In this document: positions 9,142-19,725 of the stretch, one piece after another
Layout: every line of letters begins with the position of its first letter
How positions within the stretch are numbered: position 1 is the stretch's first letter
Source: Clostridia bacterium
GTDB taxonomy: Bacteria > Bacillota > Clostridia > Acetivibrionales > DSM-2933
DNA length: 64,000 bases
NCBI GenBank assembly: GCA_026416815.1
Contig: JAOAEJ010000090.1
Coordinates: forward strand, 62,486 to 126,485
Reading direction: 5' to 3'
The notes under the pieces: model-generated
Database searches by the model: none
What the model was told of the DNA's origin: nothing
Seen by the model: the letters and a program-made list of their open reading frames with translations, nothing else
Program-made: the position numbers and the translations under genes

Positions 9142-10551
9142 CTAACCTACCTGCTTTGGTAATGACACGACAACCTCCGTGCCCTCATTTACTTTACTTT
9201 GTACTGTTATATTCCCCTTATGAGCCTCTATAATAGCCTTAGTTATAGTAAGCCCTATCCCGGCACCGCCGGTCATCCTGTTTCTTGACTTATCAGCTCT
9301 GTAAAACCTCTCAAATATATGAGGTAAGTCATTGGCAGATATCCCGACTCCATTGTCCTTAACCACTATCTCGGTAATATCGTCTGCCCCTTTTACATTA
9401 ATCTCTATTTTACCACCTTCAGGAGTATATTTCAATGCATTTGATATAAGATTTACAAGTACCTGGCTCATTTTGTCCTTATCGGCAAATACCTGTTCAT
9501 TTTCCGTATGGAGTTCAACCTCTATCCCTTTGCCTATGAAGTCTCCCTCAAAGTTTTTTACAATACGCCCTACAAGCTCAGAAATATCAAACTCGGTACT
9601 GTTTAATATCAAGTTCTCACTTTCATATCTTGACAGCTTTTCAATATCTCCTACCAGTCTGCTAATCCTCACAATCTCTTCATGGCAGCTCTTGAGCCTT
9701 TCACTGTCAGGCTTCCATATACCATCTATCATGGCCTCCATATGGCTCTGGAGAGTAGCAAGAGGCGTCCTCAATTCGTGTGCTACATCTGCTGTAAGCC
9801 TTTTTCTTAAATTTTCCTGCTTCTCAAGGGTCTCAGCAAGACCGTTCACAGTCTCAGTAAGCTGGCATATCTCCCTGGTATCCGACTTTTCCGTTATCCT
9901 ATCGCCAAAATATCCTTTTGAAATCATCTGTGCCGTATTTATTACCCTCGATATAGGGGTACTCAGCTTTCGTGCCATAATTGCCCCCAAAGCCAGTGCA
10001 AAAAACAGCGACATTGCACCCACACCTATCAGCAGCTTATTTAAAGTATTAATAAACGTAAGATCGTTATCATTAAAATAAAATGGTCCGTAGTACCCAA
10101 TCTCTACACTTCCTACTTTCGCCATATCATGCATAAGAGGATAAGTGTTTATTACATATCCCCCATCGAAATTGGGGTATCGGCTGTACATATTGTGGGC
10201 CATATGTGCTATCATTTGCTTGCACAACCCGTTATTGTGTACAGTGGCATCCCATACCATCTTCCCCGATATATCTCTTACCTTAATGATCATCCCCTGT
10301 TCAAGGGCACTGACACCAATATGCTCTATGTTATTATTCTCCCACTTATCATCGCCTCTGTACTGCTGACTTATAAGATTTACAAACTCCTTATTCTTTC
10401 GCTCCTGATTGTTAATAACGTACTGCCTGAACTGTTTCTCCAAAAAGACATTCGTAAGGAAGCTGATAAGAGCAACACAAACCAGCGCAACAAGTATATA
10501 AGACACTGATAATTTTGTTCTTAAGCTGAGTCTTATGTTACTCACCCCCAA
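9142..10551 (-). CDS. Sensor histidine kinase (TM-HAMP-HisKA-HATPase)
   Basis: H-box AHELRTPL; N, G1 and G2 boxes present. Confidence 0.85.
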   Translation of the reverse strand: MGVSNIRLSLRTKLSVSYILVALVCVALISFLTNVFLEKQFRQYVINNQERKNKEFVNLISQQYRGDDKWENNNIEHIGVSALEQGMIIKVRDISGKMVWDATVHNNGLCKQMIAHMAHNMYSRYPNFDGGYVINTYPLMHDMAKVGSVEIGYYGPFYFNDNDLTFINTLNKLLIGVGAMSLFFALALGAIMARKLSTPISRVINTAQMISKGYFGDRITEKSDTREICQLTETVNGLAETLEKQENLRKRLTADVAHELRTPLATLQSHMEAMIDGIWKPDSERLKSCHEEIVRISRLVGDIEKLSRYESENLILNSTEFDISELVGRIVKNFEGDFIGKGIEVELHTENEQVFADKDKMSQVLVNLISNALKYTPEGGKIEINVKGADDITEIVVKDNGVGISANDLPHIFERFYRADKSRNRMTGGAGIGLTITKAIIEAHKGNITVQSKVNEGTEVVVSLPKQVG

Positions 10552-11239
10552 ATCTATAACCTAGCCCGTGTACAGTTAGAATGTATCTGGGCTTTCTAGG
10601 GTCGTCCTCAATTTTTTGTCTAAGGTTCTTTATATGGGTATCGATAGTCCTGTCATAGCCGTCGAAATCCTCCCCCAACACCATACAAATGAGTTCCTCT
10701 CTAGTGAAAGCTTTGCTGGGGTACTTTATCATAGTCATAAGGATTTTCCGTTCATTAGGTGTCAGATTGATAATAGCACCGTTTTTTCTCATCTCATGCT
10801 TTAGATTATCTATTACGAGATCACCATCGTTAAAGGATATACTATTGGCTAAAGGTACGGCCTCATCCTCAACCCTCCGAAGAAGTGCTGCCACCCTTGC
10901 CACAAGCTGTCTGGGACTGAAAGGCTTAGTCACATAATCGTCAGCACCGATGTCAAGCCCCTTAAGAATGTCCTCCTCCTCCACCTTAGCCGTAAGCATT
11001 ATAATAGGCACTCTTGATTTCTTCCTCAACGTTTTACATATTTCTTCTCCCGTAATATCAGGAAGCATTAGGTCGAGAATTACAAGTGATGGGTTTATTC
11101 TATCAAAAGCAGACAAGGCATCCTTTCCGTTGTATGCCTCACAAACGGTATATCCGCTGTTCTCAAGGTAAGACTTTACGACCTCTACAATCTTAACTTC
11201 ATCATCCACTACAAAGATTTTTTTAGTATTGCAGATCAT
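10538..11239 (-). CDS. OmpR-family response regulator
   Basis: Receiver domain (VVDDE...D) plus a winged-helix C-terminus. Confidence 0.85.
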   Translation of the reverse strand: MICNTKKIFVVDDEVKIVEVVKSYLENSGYTVCEAYNGKDALSAFDRINPSLVILDLMLPDITGEEICKTLRKKSRVPIIMLTAKVEEEDILKGLDIGADDYVTKPFSPRQLVARVAALLRRVEDEAVPLANSISFNDGDLVIDNLKHEMRKNGAIINLTPNERKILMTMIKYPSKAFTREELICMVLGEDFDGYDRTIDTHIKNLRQKIEDDPRKPRYILTVHGLGYRFGGE

Positions 11240-11317
11240 TTTAGCCTCCTTTACAAAATCTAAACCTACAGCTTACTTATTATATAAAAAGCTCCCTGCA
11301 TTAAGGAGCTTTTAAAA

Positions 11318-11530
11318 TCACTTCACATCATAACCCTGATCCTCTATGGCATCCTTTATAGTTTGTAATGTTACCTTATCGGAATCATATTCTACGGTAA
11401 CTTTTTTTGCATTTAGATCAACTACTACACTATTGATACCATCCAGCGCTCCTACAGATTTCTTCACACTATTTTCACAGTGGCTGCACGACATTCCCTC
11501 TACAGTCAGATTTGTAGTTTCTTTTGTCAT
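11318..11530 (-). CDS. copZ: Copper chaperone CopZ (heavy-metal-associated domain)
   Basis: GMSCSHC metal-binding motif. Start placed at ATG 11530, with GGAGG 7 nt upstream. Confidence 0.8.
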   Translation of the reverse strand: MTKETTNLTVEGMSCSHCENSVKKSVGALDGINSVVVDLNAKKVTVEYDSDKVTLQTIKDAIEDQGYDVK

Positions 11531-11796
11531 AATTCTACCTCCAATCAGCACTTTTTTTATCCTTTAAGAAGCAGTAAATTTTATAGAGTCTCCTCCATAT
11601 CATACTACACTTTTAGCAGCTATTTTATATTATAATAGCACAAAATCATCATTTTTTATACCCTACAAAACACCTCTAGGCTGATGGACTTGGCTGTTGC
11701 AATATACACTTCTTCTATTTCAATATGTGTAGCAATTATAACAACAATTTGTGAAGATTTTATGGAGAATGCAATATTGTCAACTTTTTATCCAAT

Positions 11797-11828
11797 CAAA
11801 AAGAGCTGCTCTTATTTGCAGCTCTCTC
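11797..11828 (-). terminator. Rho-independent terminator downstream of the 11894..12622 gene
   Basis: AGAGCTGC/GCAGCTCT hairpin followed by a U-run on the minus strand. Confidence 0.5.
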
Positions 11829-11893
11829 AAGCTTTTAAAACACATAATTAAAATGCAGGATGTATAGGGTAACTTTCAGCCTGTAGGACTACA

Positions 11894-12622
11894 CTATCCA
11901 CCTAATAGCTTGATGACTTCCAGTACAGCTATTATAACCGGCTGGTGTACTATATATATAATCAGTGTATTCCTACCCATCTTGCTTACTATGTTTTCCC
12001 CTATACTAAAATTGAAAACACTTTTCTTTTGCGAATATAAAACCTTGCTTATAGCCATACCATAGAGAAAAATACCCATCCATGGTATCAAGGGGTAATA
12101 GTCCGAAGAAAAAAACCTACTGCTATGGATTCCTAAAGGAAACAGAAGATTATGGCTAACAGTAATATTTTCTACAACTCTATCCAATAGAATTACCCCT
12201 GTGCCCAATACAGCCAGAACAGCGGCACCAAGCCTATTAAAAAGGGGGGCCAGCAGCATACATACTCCGAAGTAGTGAAGTACTCCGAATTTTATTCCAA
12301 GCTGCGGACCATAAGCATGTGTCACTATAGTAATAACCATAGCTATCCCCAGTACTTTAACTCCCCTTTTGATGTTACTTCTGCTAAGCGACGAGCTTAC
12401 CCCTGCCAACAGCATGAAAAGTATCACCGCAAATTTTCCTATAAAAAAGTTAATTCCACTGCCCTGATTTACATCATAACCATATATCACGTTCATATCA
12501 TAAATAACATGAAAATATATCATTGCTATCAGAGCTATACCTCTAAAAAAATCCAACTCCCAAATACGTGTTTTTCTTGTATCCTGTTGCATTTTGCACT
12601 CCCCACACTTTATCTCAGACAT
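11894..12622 (-). CDS. Polytopic membrane protein (DUF1624/acyltransferase-3-like)
   Basis: Hydrophobic profile. Domain assignment is tentative. Confidence 0.45.
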   Translation of the reverse strand: MSEIKCGECKMQQDTRKTRIWELDFFRGIALIAMIYFHVIYDMNVIYGYDVNQGSGINFFIGKFAVILFMLLAGVSSSLSRSNIKRGVKVLGIAMVITIVTHAYGPQLGIKFGVLHYFGVCMLLAPLFNRLGAAVLAVLGTGVILLDRVVENITVSHNLLFPLGIHSSRFFSSDYYPLIPWMGIFLYGMAISKVLYSQKKSVFNFSIGENIVSKMGRNTLIIYIVHQPVIIAVLEVIKLLGG

Positions 12623-12634
12623 AATCCAAACAAA

Positions 12635-13042
12635 CTATCGGTACCGCAGTATTTCTAATAGTTTTAGTACAACAAGACCTGCCGCTATAATCCATACTAG
12701 GATTATAACAGCTCCGGCAAACCAATTTTTAGGCTTACCTTTCTTAAAAACCTCTTCCGCCTCGAGCCTACATTCATTCATAATATTCTCCGGAATCAAC
12801 TTTACTGCCAAAGCAATACCTAGAGGTATCAGAATCAAATCATCGAGATAGCCCAGAATAGGTATAAAATCCGGCACCAAGTCAATGGGGCTTAAGGCAT
12901 ATGCTACAACAATTGCAACAAAAAGCTTTGCATACCATGGAACATCCGGTCTCTTGTAAGCCAGATACAAAGCTCGTATCTCTTTTTTGAGCGCTTTGGC
13001 TTTGGACTTTAAATTCGCCAAAAAGCTATTACTGTCACCCAT
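12635..13042 (-). CDS. DUF1232/YkvA-like membrane protein
   Basis: 135 aa with a PIDLVPDFIPILGYLDD motif. Confidence 0.5.
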   Translation of the reverse strand: MGDSNSFLANLKSKAKALKKEIRALYLAYKRPDVPWYAKLFVAIVVAYALSPIDLVPDFIPILGYLDDLILIPLGIALAVKLIPENIMNECRLEAEEVFKKGKPKNWFAGAVIILVWIIAAGLVVLKLLEILRYR

Positions 13043-13062
13043 TGTATTGCACCTCCAAACCC

Positions 13063-13806
13063 TTAATTTCCCGGTGAAGGCTCCTGGTTCCTTAGCCTGC
13101 AGTATTCTGCAACAGTGCTGTCCTCTTCTTCCTTACTATTCTTTATAATAACATATGAAGCTACCCCTGTCACAACAGCCAATAAAACTAATATTCCGGC
13201 TGTAACAGGCATACTGAAAAGCAGCTTCTGTGAAGCTACCTGGAAGCTTCCTATAAATCCGAATAAAATAAACGCTGCCGCTGAAACAAGCTTAATTGTC
13301 CTTTCGGGTATTCTTTTACACATTACTACACCTATTATTATACCTATAGCGTCAGCTATAAGCATACCTGTGGTAGTTCCCAATAGAATTCCTACGGGGT
13401 CTGTGGGAAACTTTGTTGCAAGAGCAATGGTCGCCAACTGTGTTTTGTCTCCCAGCTCTGCTATAAAAAACGCTATAGCTACTGTCATGACAGCACCAAA
13501 TCTGGTTTTTCTGTTTTCCTCTCCCTCAAGCTTGTCTCCACGGATGGTCCACAGCCCGAAGAATATAAATGATAAAGAAGCGATACCCTGTATCCACACC
13601 TCAGCCGAACTAAACTTGGTTATGTAATTGCCTGCCGCAACAGCCAGAGCATGATTTAAGACCGTAGCCAGAAAAACCCCAATTAACACCTTACTGGCTT
13701 TGTATTTTGTGGCGAAAGCCATCGCCAGCAGCTGCGTCTTGTCCCCCATCTCAGCTAATGTAACCGCACCTACCGAAACTATAAATGCAGCAAAAGTTAT
13801 TCCCAT
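13063..13806 (-). CDS. UPF0016/GDT1 (TMEM165) family putative Ca2+/Mn2+ transporter
   Basis: Two E-x-G-D-K-T motifs (AEMGDKTQ, AELGDKTQ). Confidence 0.75.
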   Translation of the reverse strand: MGITFAAFIVSVGAVTLAEMGDKTQLLAMAFATKYKASKVLIGVFLATVLNHALAVAAGNYITKFSSAEVWIQGIASLSFIFFGLWTIRGDKLEGEENRKTRFGAVMTVAIAFFIAELGDKTQLATIALATKFPTDPVGILLGTTTGMLIADAIGIIIGVVMCKRIPERTIKLVSAAAFILFGFIGSFQVASQKLLFSMPVTAGILVLLAVVTGVASYVIIKNSKEEEDSTVAEYCRLRNQEPSPGN

Positions 13807-14262
13807 ATTATCCTTCCTCTCTAAAAAATTATTAGTATTTGGAGATAGTTTAAGTTAAACTCAGTGAATTTTATAATTCACAATTAGAAACAAATAAAAA
13901 AGACTCCTAACATAACCCTACTTTACAAATAGAGCTATGTTAAAAGTCTCGTTGCCTAATTAATTAGGTTACAAAGCCAGGCTTTAATTTTTTCACCAAT
14001 GCCAGTATGTTGACTTTGTAATTAAAACTACTCCCTCTTAACAAATATATATTATAACAACAGCTATAGCCTGTCAATCCCTCCAAAACTAATTGCTTGA
14101 TAAATGATACCTATTATTTTCTTGTACCCATCTGCATATAACATAACCTTTCGCTATATACATTATTAAATCAAATATTTTGAAATGTCATTATTAACCT
14201 AAACTTTACAATACTTGAAATATACATATTCCAGCAAGAAAGTGAGGTGATTAAGTAGCTCA

Positions 14263-14365
14263 AGTGCCTTGTAACAGAATTCGTTTCTAGAGGCAAGGCA
14301 CAACAACTAAGGAAGTGTATTTTTAACATTTGATTGACTAGAAACTTGTAATGCTAAAAAGCACT
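14263..14365 (+). repeat. 103-nt double-hairpin interspersed element, family 1, copy A
   Basis: AGTGCCTTGTAACAGAATTCGTTTCTAGAGGCAAGGCAC...AGTGTATTTTTAACATT...AATGCTAAAAAGCACT. About 90% identical to the reverse complement of 47843..47945 and similar to 42045..42145. It sits ~200 nt upstream of the FN3 gene. Confidence 0.8.
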
Positions 14366-14571
14366 GGCCAACTTAATAAGGCTCTGCCAAAATACAAGAG
14401 GTTCAGCATGTTGATTGCTAAATTATTTCGGCGTTCTTGTGTTGAAATTTATAAAAGCCACCTTGCGGGTTTATTACTGCACTGCCTTAAATACAAAAGA
14501 TATGCAAAACGAAGGTATCCGATTTTTAACTAACCGGGAACTGCGTAATGCAAACTTAAGGAGGTTAATTA

Positions 14572-16655
14572 TGAAAAAACGGTTTTACAGATTAGCCTGG
14601 ATAACCTTATCGGCTTTACTACTGACATCAGTAGCTCTTCCACTTGGTGCAGCCAATGTTTATGCTGCGTCCTCGGGAATTATTCCAACCGATACAGCTC
14701 CATACTATGAGGACAGCTTACCTAGCGGCATAAAGATTCATAGAATAGAGCTCGACATTCCCTTTATCAAGCATAGTATATCTCTAACCCTTAATCCCTT
14801 TGCCGAAGCTTCCCCTGCTCGTTTATCGTCGGGGAGTACTATAGGGATATCCCCTATAGCTAGAATAGCTATGGCGCTGTTACCTAAAAACGCATATATG
14901 TATACACAACCCAGACAAAATAACGGTAACTTGGTACACTTTATCAAAGGTCTTACATTTGGGGTCTATTATTCATACAACGAGTCCCCAACATTAAGAG
15001 TTATATCTCCTTTACAAAATCGAACCGAATCATCTACTGTGTCTTCCTTTACACCGGTAATATCGGTATTAGATCCGGATAACGATCAATTAGTTTGCAA
15101 ATATTATTTAGATCATAAAAAAACACCGGAAGAATTTAAAATTGTTGAAGATACACAAACTGTTAAAATAGTACGTTTTAATACTATTAACCTATCCAAT
15201 GGCCGTCATACTTTAAAATTTGAGATAAATGACGGCTCTGAAACGATATCTAGGGAAATAGTTGTGTCGGTCAATGGGGAAGTACGTTCGGCAGTATCGG
15301 GAGATACAGACGTTCCTGTAGATAGCGCCAGCCCTTCAGCTCCTGTTATAAAGCCAAATACCCTTTTAACTAATGCCGAAAACATAACAGTAGATATTGA
15401 AAGCGGCCGAGATGGAGAATCGGGAGTAAACAGAACAGAATACCAGCTAACCGGCCCTGAGCAAAAGGTCTGGACCCGGTATAACGGCCCATTCAACATA
15501 ACAAGCGAAGGAGAAACAACAGTATTCGCCAGAACAGTTGATAATGCTGGAAATGCGAGCAGCATAACATCAGTGGCTGTAAAAATCGATAGAACAGCAC
15601 CTCCCGCACCAAATCTAACAGTAGATACAACAAGCCTCACAAACAAAGATGTTAACCTAACAATAGACAACTGGGCAAATGCGGAAATAGTAGAGTACAG
15701 GATAGATAACGGTCTCTGGCAGATACACACAGTAAATCCTACTTTAATATCCCAAAATTGCCTTGTGGAAGCTCGCTGTGCTGATATAGCCGGTAATTAC
15801 TCAGCTATAGCCAGCTTAAGAATTGCAAACATCGATAAAACACCCCCAACACAGCCGTCTAACCTCAAGTTGGAGACAGTTTCAGAAACATCAATCTGGT
15901 TTACATGGGAAGCCTCCAGCGACAATACAAAGGTAACGCATTATGAGATTTACCGTGATGGTGTGAGGCTGACTGCAACAACAGCGACATTACTTAACAA
16001 TACAGGCTTGATACCGGGGAAAACCCATGAATACTCCGTAAGAGCAGTTGATTCATTGGGCAACTTATCGGACGAAAGCATTAAAATTTCCGCCTCTACA
16101 CTTCCCGATACACTCTCCCCATCGGTACCGACAGCTATACAGGTCGATGGTGTAACCGAATCAACAGCCACTATATCCTGGCAGACCTCAACGGATAATT
16201 CAAGGGTAAGATACTATGAAATTTACCGGGACGGGGCAAAGGTAGGTACCTCAATTACAACAAGCTATACCGTAACAAGGCTTTTACCGGGTACTACCTA
16301 TAAAATCAGCCTAAAAGCCTGTGACCTCTCAGGTAATCTTTCGGATATGAGTACAGAAGCTTATGCGACTACCTTATCCGATACTCAAACTCCCTCCACT
16401 CCTGAGCAGCCAACAGCGTCATCTATAACCGAAACCTCAGTTATACTAACCTGGCTGCCGTGTACAGATAACGTGAAGGTAAAGGGTTATGAAATTTACC
16501 GCAACGGAATCAGACTAAAAGCAACAAGCATACCGACGTTGACCGTCACTGGCTTACTGCCGGGCCAAACCTATAGCTTTACTGTTAAGGCTTTTGACGA
16601 CTCGGGAAATACATCTGCCGAGAGCACCGCAGTGAGCGTCACAACCCTGAAGTAA
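14572..16655 (+). CDS. Secreted cell-surface protein with four C-terminal fibronectin type-III repeats
   Basis: The ORF track starts at 14415. I place the start at ATG 14572 (MKKRFYRLAWITL..., signal peptide ending ANVYA) because GGAGG lies upstream. The FN3 repeats are ~85 aa each (WxxSxDNxxVxxYEIYRDG). Confidence 0.75.
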
Positions 16656-16708
16656 TAAATAAAGCAGATAGAGGCGATCACATTATCTACCTCTATCTGC
16701 TTTACCCT

Positions 16709-19378
16709 TTAAATATTTTGTCCTCTTACTCTTATATTGTGAATTACTTTCCCTAGTTCTACTATTGGAATTATAGCCAGTGCAGCTGCTACAACAATCA
16801 GCCATTGCTGCATATTTAACTGCTTTACCCTGAATATATCATTCAGGAACGGAATAATTATTACCATTAACTGAAGAAGTGCCGATACAGCAATTGCACC
16901 AATCAGATACATATTGGTAAACAGCCCAATGGTTAACAAAGATTTGGTATTTGACCGTACATTCAGCGAATGGGTCAGCTGTATAAGCCCCAGGGTGGCA
17001 AAGGCCATAGTTATAGCTATATCCTGTGTATAGAGCCTTATTCCTATATAGTAAGCTAAGAGAGTAATAATACCTTTTAATATTCCCTGATATACTATAC
17101 TTACACCTACACCCTCCGAGAAGAAACTGGCATTAGCCTTTCTAGGCCTATTTTTCATTATATCTTTTTCTGCTTTCTCCACTCCTAGTGCCAATGCCGG
17201 TAAAGTATCTGTGACAAGATTTACCCACAGTATGTGGATAGGCATTAGTATTGTCCAGTTCAGCATAGTCGCAATAAAAAGTGTTACTACCTCTCCTAAG
17301 TTGGAGGATAATAAAAACTGTATGGTTTTACGTATATTACTGTAGATTTTTCGCCCTTCCTCCACAGCTACAACTATAGTTGCAAAGTTATCATCGGCTA
17401 ATACCATATTCGATACTCCCTTTGCAACATCAGTGCCGGTTATTCCCATACCTATACCTATATCCGAAGCCTTTAATGCGGGAGCGTCGTTTACACCATC
17501 CCCCGTCATTGCAACAACTTTCCCCTTCTTCTTCCATGCCTCTACTATCTTTACCTTATGTTCCGGGGCTACCCTGGCATAAACCGAGTACTTTTCCACA
17601 CTTTTTTCAAAGCGCTCATCGGGGATAGCATTTAACTCACTTCCAGTTATTACTTCACTGTCGTCCTTTATAATATTGAGTTCCTTCGCAATAGCCGCTG
17701 CCGTATCCCTATGGTCACCGGTTATCATAATGGCTCTAATGCCTGCCTCCCTACATACCCTTACCGCTTCTTTAGCTTCCTCTCTCGGAGGGTCTATCAT
17801 ACCCACAAGTCCTGCAAATATAAGTTCACTTTCAACATGCTGCGAAGTAACCTTCTGCGGAATTTCACCAATATCTTTAAATGCTACTGCAAGTACCCTT
17901 AAAGCTTTACTGGCCATACTCTTGTTCGCCTTAGCAACCGCATCCGACAATTCTTTAGTTATAGGCTTTACTTCTCCATTGACGAATACACCGCTGCATC
18001 TTTCCAGTAGTATGTCAGGAGCTCCTTTGGTCATAGACCTCAGCTTCCCGTCCACTTTATTTATAGTAGTCATGAGCTTTCTCTCGGAATCAAAGGGTAT
18101 CTCTTCTACCCTGGGATTTTCCTTATCCATCACATCCTTGTAAATGCCTTTATCTACAGCAAAATTGACTAACGCGGTCTCGGTAGGGTCCCCTATAGCA
18201 CTAAGGCTATGCTTATCCACCCTTTTAACCTTGGAATCATTACACAAAACCATCGCCTGAATAAATGCCTTAAAGCTGCTGTTTTCAACCGAAACATCCT
18301 CAACTTTTCTGAGGCTCCCGTCAACATATACCTCTTTCACAGTCATTTTATTTTGTGTAAGGGTACCGGTCTTATCGGAACATATTATTTCAGTACTTCC
18401 AAGTGTCTCAACCGCCGAAAGCTTTCTTATAATCGCATTTCTTTTAGCCATTTTCTGGACACCCATTGCCAGTACTATGGTTATTACTGCAGGGAGCCCT
18501 TCGGGTATAGCTGCAACTGCAAGGCTTACGGCGATTAAAAACATTTCAAAATAACTTCTCCCTTGGAGTATTCCTGCAAGAAAAATAAATATAGATATTA
18601 TAACTATGCCTATAGTCAGGTACTTGCTCATTTCATGCAGCTTTCTTTGGAGAGGAGTCTGTTTATCTTCAGCTTTTGAAATATGCGCGGCAATTTTCCC
18701 TACTTCCGTCTTCATACCTATAGCTGTAACAACTCCCATTCCTCTCCCATAGGTTACGCTACTGCTGGAGTAAGCCATGTTTCGCCTATCACCTGTTACT
18801 AAATCAGCCTTCTCAAGCTTTTCGGTCATTTTTTCAGCAGGAACCGATTCCCCCGTAAGGGCTGCTTCTTCAATCTTTAAGCTTGCTACCTGAAGTAGTC
18901 TCATGTCAGCTGGCACAATATCGCCGGCTTCCAGCAAAACTATATCCCCCGGAACTATCTCCTCGGTTTTTACCTGCTTTACCTCTCCATTTCTTCTAAC
19001 CTTTACAAATGGTGATGACATCTTTTTAAGAGCTGCAAGTGCTTTTTCAGCTCTGCTCTCCTGCATGACCCCAAGTACTGCATTGATTATAACTACCGTA
19101 AGGATAATAGCAGTATCTGCAAGCTCGTGCATAAAGCCTGATATTGCTGCCGCTACAAGTAGGATTATAACCATAACATCCTTAAACTGCTCAAGCAGCA
19201 TTCCCAGAACAGTCTTTCGTTCGCCTTCCTCAAGCTCGTTTTTTCCATAGGTTTGAACTCTTCTACCGGCTTCCTCCTCAGCTAGCCCATCTATGCTTGT
19301 ATTAAGATACCCCAGAACACTTTTCTCATCCTGTGTATGAAAGAGCATATCGTTTAATGGGCGGTTCTCTTTTGACAT
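16709..19378 (-). CDS. P-type ATPase, Ca2+-transporting (type IIA)
   Basis: DKTGTLT phosphorylation motif, TGDN and GDGVNDAP motifs. AAAGGAGGAA RBS. Confidence 0.85.
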   Translation of the reverse strand: MSKENRPLNDMLFHTQDEKSVLGYLNTSIDGLAEEEAGRRVQTYGKNELEEGERKTVLGMLLEQFKDVMVIILLVAAAISGFMHELADTAIILTVVIINAVLGVMQESRAEKALAALKKMSSPFVKVRRNGEVKQVKTEEIVPGDIVLLEAGDIVPADMRLLQVASLKIEEAALTGESVPAEKMTEKLEKADLVTGDRRNMAYSSSSVTYGRGMGVVTAIGMKTEVGKIAAHISKAEDKQTPLQRKLHEMSKYLTIGIVIISIFIFLAGILQGRSYFEMFLIAVSLAVAAIPEGLPAVITIVLAMGVQKMAKRNAIIRKLSAVETLGSTEIICSDKTGTLTQNKMTVKEVYVDGSLRKVEDVSVENSSFKAFIQAMVLCNDSKVKRVDKHSLSAIGDPTETALVNFAVDKGIYKDVMDKENPRVEEIPFDSERKLMTTINKVDGKLRSMTKGAPDILLERCSGVFVNGEVKPITKELSDAVAKANKSMASKALRVLAVAFKDIGEIPQKVTSQHVESELIFAGLVGMIDPPREEAKEAVRVCREAGIRAIMITGDHRDTAAAIAKELNIIKDDSEVITGSELNAIPDERFEKSVEKYSVYARVAPEHKVKIVEAWKKKGKVVAMTGDGVNDAPALKASDIGIGMGITGTDVAKGVSNMVLADDNFATIVVAVEEGRKIYSNIRKTIQFLLSSNLGEVVTLFIATMLNWTILMPIHILWVNLVTDTLPALALGVEKAEKDIMKNRPRKANASFFSEGVGVSIVYQGILKGIITLLAYYIGIRLYTQDIAITMAFATLGLIQLTHSLNVRSNTKSLLTIGLFTNMYLIGAIAVSALLQLMVIIIPFLNDIFRVKQLNMQQWLIVVAAALAIIPIVELGKVIHNIRVRGQNI

Positions 19379-19458
19379 ATTTCTATTCCTCCTTTAAAAG
19401 ATACCAATAAACTATGTATATGCTGCAATGAGGATTTTGATTTTCCTTATAAAATCTA

Positions 19459-19560
19459 TGTAGATAGTTTAGGTTGAAACTGATTTTATTCAGCCAAGCA
19501 AATCGAACTTATCATAGCTCATTGCCTAGCTGGAAATCACTAAGTTCAACCTAAACTATC
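19459..19560 (+). repeat. Nested-hairpin interspersed element, family 2, copy F1
   Basis: Outer 18-bp inverted repeat TAGATAGTTTAGGTTGAA/TTCAACCTAAACTATCTA encloses a conserved core ...TCGAACTTATCATAGCTCATTGCCTAGCTGGAAATCACTAAG shared with 29621.., 37846.. and (reverse complement) 33621... Confidence 0.75.
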
Positions 19561-19725
19561 TATATTACAGCGTATATAGTAGTTATAGACAAAAATCTTA
19601 TCCTGCCACATTACATAATAGTTTCTTCCTTTTTATCGAAATTTATTTATAATGCAAAAAGACCCTGTAGCCAGCCTTGAAAGGCCGATTACAAAGTCTT
19701 TTAGATAACCACTGTTAGTTTTTAT

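Noticed and set aside
9332-10081. 249-aa plus-strand ORF
   Set aside because: Antisense to the histidine kinase gene, low-complexity S/I/L-rich translation, no RBS.
14351-14533. 60-aa ORF in the long intergenic region upstream of the FN3 gene
   Set aside because: Basic, no RBS. It overlaps the leader of the FN3 gene and lies next to the family 1 repeat. The 14415 start of the ORF-track version of the FN3 gene is also rejected in favour of ATG 14572, which has a GGAGG RBS and a signal peptide.
17676-18143. 155-aa plus-strand ORF, with similar antisense ORFs at 13115..13627, 15206..15730, 35455..35949 and 57109..57753
   Set aside because: All lie inside well-supported genes on the opposite strand, with biased low-complexity composition typical of antisense frames.
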